Assembly (NCBI GenBank): GCA_040222015.1
Contig: JAVJWO010000052.1
Location: forward strand, 1 to 64,000
DNA from: Coleofasciculus chthonoplastes F2-STO-03
GTDB lineage: Bacteria > Cyanobacteriota > Cyanobacteriia > Cyanobacteriales > Coleofasciculaceae
Direction of reading: 5' to 3'
Length of the DNA: 64,000 nt
The translations under genes were made by a program, and so were the position numbers. This document shows, piece after piece, positions 62,601 to 64,000 of the stretch. Position 1 is the stretch's first letter, and each line of letters starts with the position of its first letter. A model generated the notes under the pieces. The model had not been told where the DNA came from and searched no databases. It saw only the letters and a list, made by a program, of their open reading frames with translations.

Positions 62601-63909
62601 CCCTTTCTATACCGACGAAGACGAACTCGAGGAACTCCCCCTAATTGAAATTGATGCCCAGGTTGCCCAATGGGAGGAATCATTAACTCGTGACTATGAA
62701 ACCTATCTGGAACTCAAGGATATTTCCATTCTGACTTTAGCAGATGCCAGGGAAACTCTACATCGTATCGAACAAGCTACAGGGGCTAAACCTGCGCTTA
62801 TTTATGCTGTATTTGTACCCACCACAATTGCCAGTCAAGACAGTAAATCTTCAGCCCAGGAGTCTCCCTCACGAAATAGTGATCAACTGGAAATTATCCT
62901 TGTCACCGCCAAGGGGCAACTCATACGCCACCCGATACCCGGTGCAACCCGCGAAAAGGTAATGGATACCGCTGACAAATTGCGTCGCACCGTTACTGAT
63001 ACTCACATCCCTCGTCCCTATCAACGTTATGCCCAACAGTTTTATCAATGGCTAATTGCACCCTTAGAGACAGAATTAAAGACGCAAGAGATTAATAATC
63101 TAGCCTTCATTATGGATCAGGGATTGCGTTCCCTACCCCTGGCAGTTTTGCATGATGGGGAACAGTTTATGATTGAACGGTATAGTATTGGTGTCATGCC
63201 CAGTCTTTCCCTCACTGATACCCGCTATCGAGATGTGAGAAATTTGCAGGTTTTAGCTATGGGTGCGTCCAAATTTACTGACCAAAACCCCTTACCGGCT
63301 GTCCCCACTGAATTATCCGCGATCGCGACTCAATTATGGCAGGGGAAATTGTTCCTCAATGAAACCTTTACTGCCGCTAATTTGAAAAGAGCGAGGGCAT
63401 CTCAACCCTTTGGAATTATCCATTTAGCCACCCATGGTGAATTTAAATCTGGTAAACCCAGTTCGTCTTATATTCAGTTTTGGGATCGTAAACTCAGACT
63501 GAGTGACATCCGCCAATTAGGATTACATGACCCTAGTGCTGAACTGATGGTATTAAGTGCTTGTCGGACGGCTTTAGGGGATGAAGAAGCGGAGTTAGGA
63601 TTTACCGGGTTAGCGGTACAAGCTGGGGTGAAATCTGCCCTAGGTAGTTTATGGTATGTGAGTGATGAAGGCACCTTAGGATTAATGACAGGTTTTTATG
63701 AACAATTACAGCAATCGCCACTCAAAGCAGAAGCATTACGACAGGCACAATTAGCCATGATTCGCGGACAAGTGCGATTAGAAGAGGGTTATTTGATCAC
63801 GCCAAATCATCGGATTGCCTTACCGCCAGAATTAGCTAATTTGCCAAACAAGGAACTCACTCATCCCTATTATTGGAGTGCGTTTACTTTAGTCGGAAGT
63901 CCGTGGTAA
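59656..63909 (+). CDS. Filamentous haemagglutinin N-terminal (TpsA-like) protein with C-terminal CHAT (caspase-like) domain
   Basis: Signal peptide, NLFHSF, NPAGIIFG, beta-helix Gly/Thr repeats, Pro-rich linker, HLATHG and LSAC, HPYYWSAF. Confidence 0.88.
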   Translation: MKSAQWCKICLLTLCAGTVRLVTAAPVLAQSITPADDGTGTTVTPNGDNFDIQGGSLSNDGANLFHSFQELGINSEQIANFMATPDLRNILGRVIGENPSIIDGLIQVTGGTANLYLMNPAGIIFGANAQLNVPANFTATTATGIGFGNDWFNALGDNNYQNLVGDPSQFAFDLSQRGIIINAGELAVAPGRDLALLGGQVVNTGTLTASGGTITIAAVPNSRLVKISQSGQVLSFEVELPRNNEGLALPTNPLDLAALLTGSGNTVETGVEVTPSAEIQTDSGGIIPNQVGVAIASGTVESGTGHISIIGRGGTQENNTSGIFGIHIIDDSRVETIGEGTITLNGTGGSGGKFILGQAYPGNRGIWINNATVSSENGTIHLIGTGGSGENGLNSGVDIGNQGGIVQSTGTGTIIVEGTGGKAEEDAFEGSQGIRIDQASSISTKDGDIQLIGEGGTGSNRFNHGVEVYRSSTVEVTGTGNITIEGIAGAGVTENHGIRVQEFSEDNPSRITARDGAITLIGVGKGTGDSNYGIDLRGGGVETTAGGTLTLEGIGANGAAGINVQDGFIQASGTGESTTTLIADDIRVVDTPNIPQTPQIQGTGTVALSPLDPTVDITLGDTSDSNSNTWNLDIDKLNLFQEGFEQLVIGGEENQGTITLADDITFKIPVILRSLVGSGAIDTTGFTLTGAQDATITLEANQSIKTGTIINPGRAITLTSNGSIDTRSGILDSHDQTNNGGAISLSAVQDITTGDIDASSGGNGQGATITLTSRDGEIITNDLNSSGFSGGDILIDAATAITTGKINSSGTISDGGNVTLDPIGDIQVTFINAQGGNSGQGGQVDSTAGQFFRATGTFIDQNGINASISTAGGLGGDSITLRHGGDGVIPFIVGDGITNGTRGTITSGDFTIAPTQSFLFTQKVGNIQIISVDSPPIPVTPPTPVTESPIPVTPPILPPEFITSETNPPINLVNLIKPVTEAPFYTDEDELEELPLIEIDAQVAQWEESLTRDYETYLELKDISILTLADARETLHRIEQATGAKPALIYAVFVPTTIASQDSKSSAQESPSRNSDQLEIILVTAKGQLIRHPIPGATREKVMDTADKLRRTVTDTHIPRPYQRYAQQFYQWLIAPLETELKTQEINNLAFIMDQGLRSLPLAVLHDGEQFMIERYSIGVMPSLSLTDTRYRDVRNLQVLAMGASKFTDQNPLPAVPTELSAIATQLWQGKLFLNETFTAANLKRARASQPFGIIHLATHGEFKSGKPSSSYIQFWDRKLRLSDIRQLGLHDPSAELMVLSACRTALGDEEAELGFTGLAVQAGVKSALGSLWYVSDEGTLGLMTGFYEQLQQSPLKAEALRQAQLAMIRGQVRLEEGYLITPNHRIALPPELANLPNKELTHPYYWSAFTLVGSPW

Positions 63910-64000
63910 GTGAATATAGCAATAGACACATCGATTAGGACGTTCGGCACCATTGTAGAGACCGTCCATGTTTGGTCTCTACATAAATGATGTGTCCTAA

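Noticed and set aside
1..64000. tRNA, rRNA, transposase or integrase genes
   Set aside because: None recognised in the window

Overview
64-kb window from a cyanobacterium (dense HIP1 GCGATCGC sites, heptamer STRR tracts, many REP/MITE-like repeats; probably filamentous, which is an inference). Ordinary genes: PixJ-like phototaxis MCP, PatA-type regulator, ftsI/ftsL, ctaB/ctaA, NTRC, an S/T kinase-His kinase/REC/cyclase cluster, cobH, dapB, a rimB-rimK-peptidase cluster, an FHA-CHAT protein and several toxin-antitoxin pairs. The standout is a 16.5-kb plus-strand conflict locus (23956-40436). A Trypco1 + trypsin effector pair is followed by two MoxR-vWA ternary modules, one iSTAND-type and one VMAP-type. 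The protease and both module adaptors carry the same ~60-aa helical adaptor domain. The locus has three FGE-sulfatase/CLec receptor genes; the 3' ends of two show the adenine-mutagenesis signature of a diversity-generating retroelement (DGR). The DGR itself survives only as a fossil (5' avd fragment and 3' RT fragment, no TR found), broken by nested MITEs and a TA module. All family assignments come from motif recognition by eye; no database searches were run.
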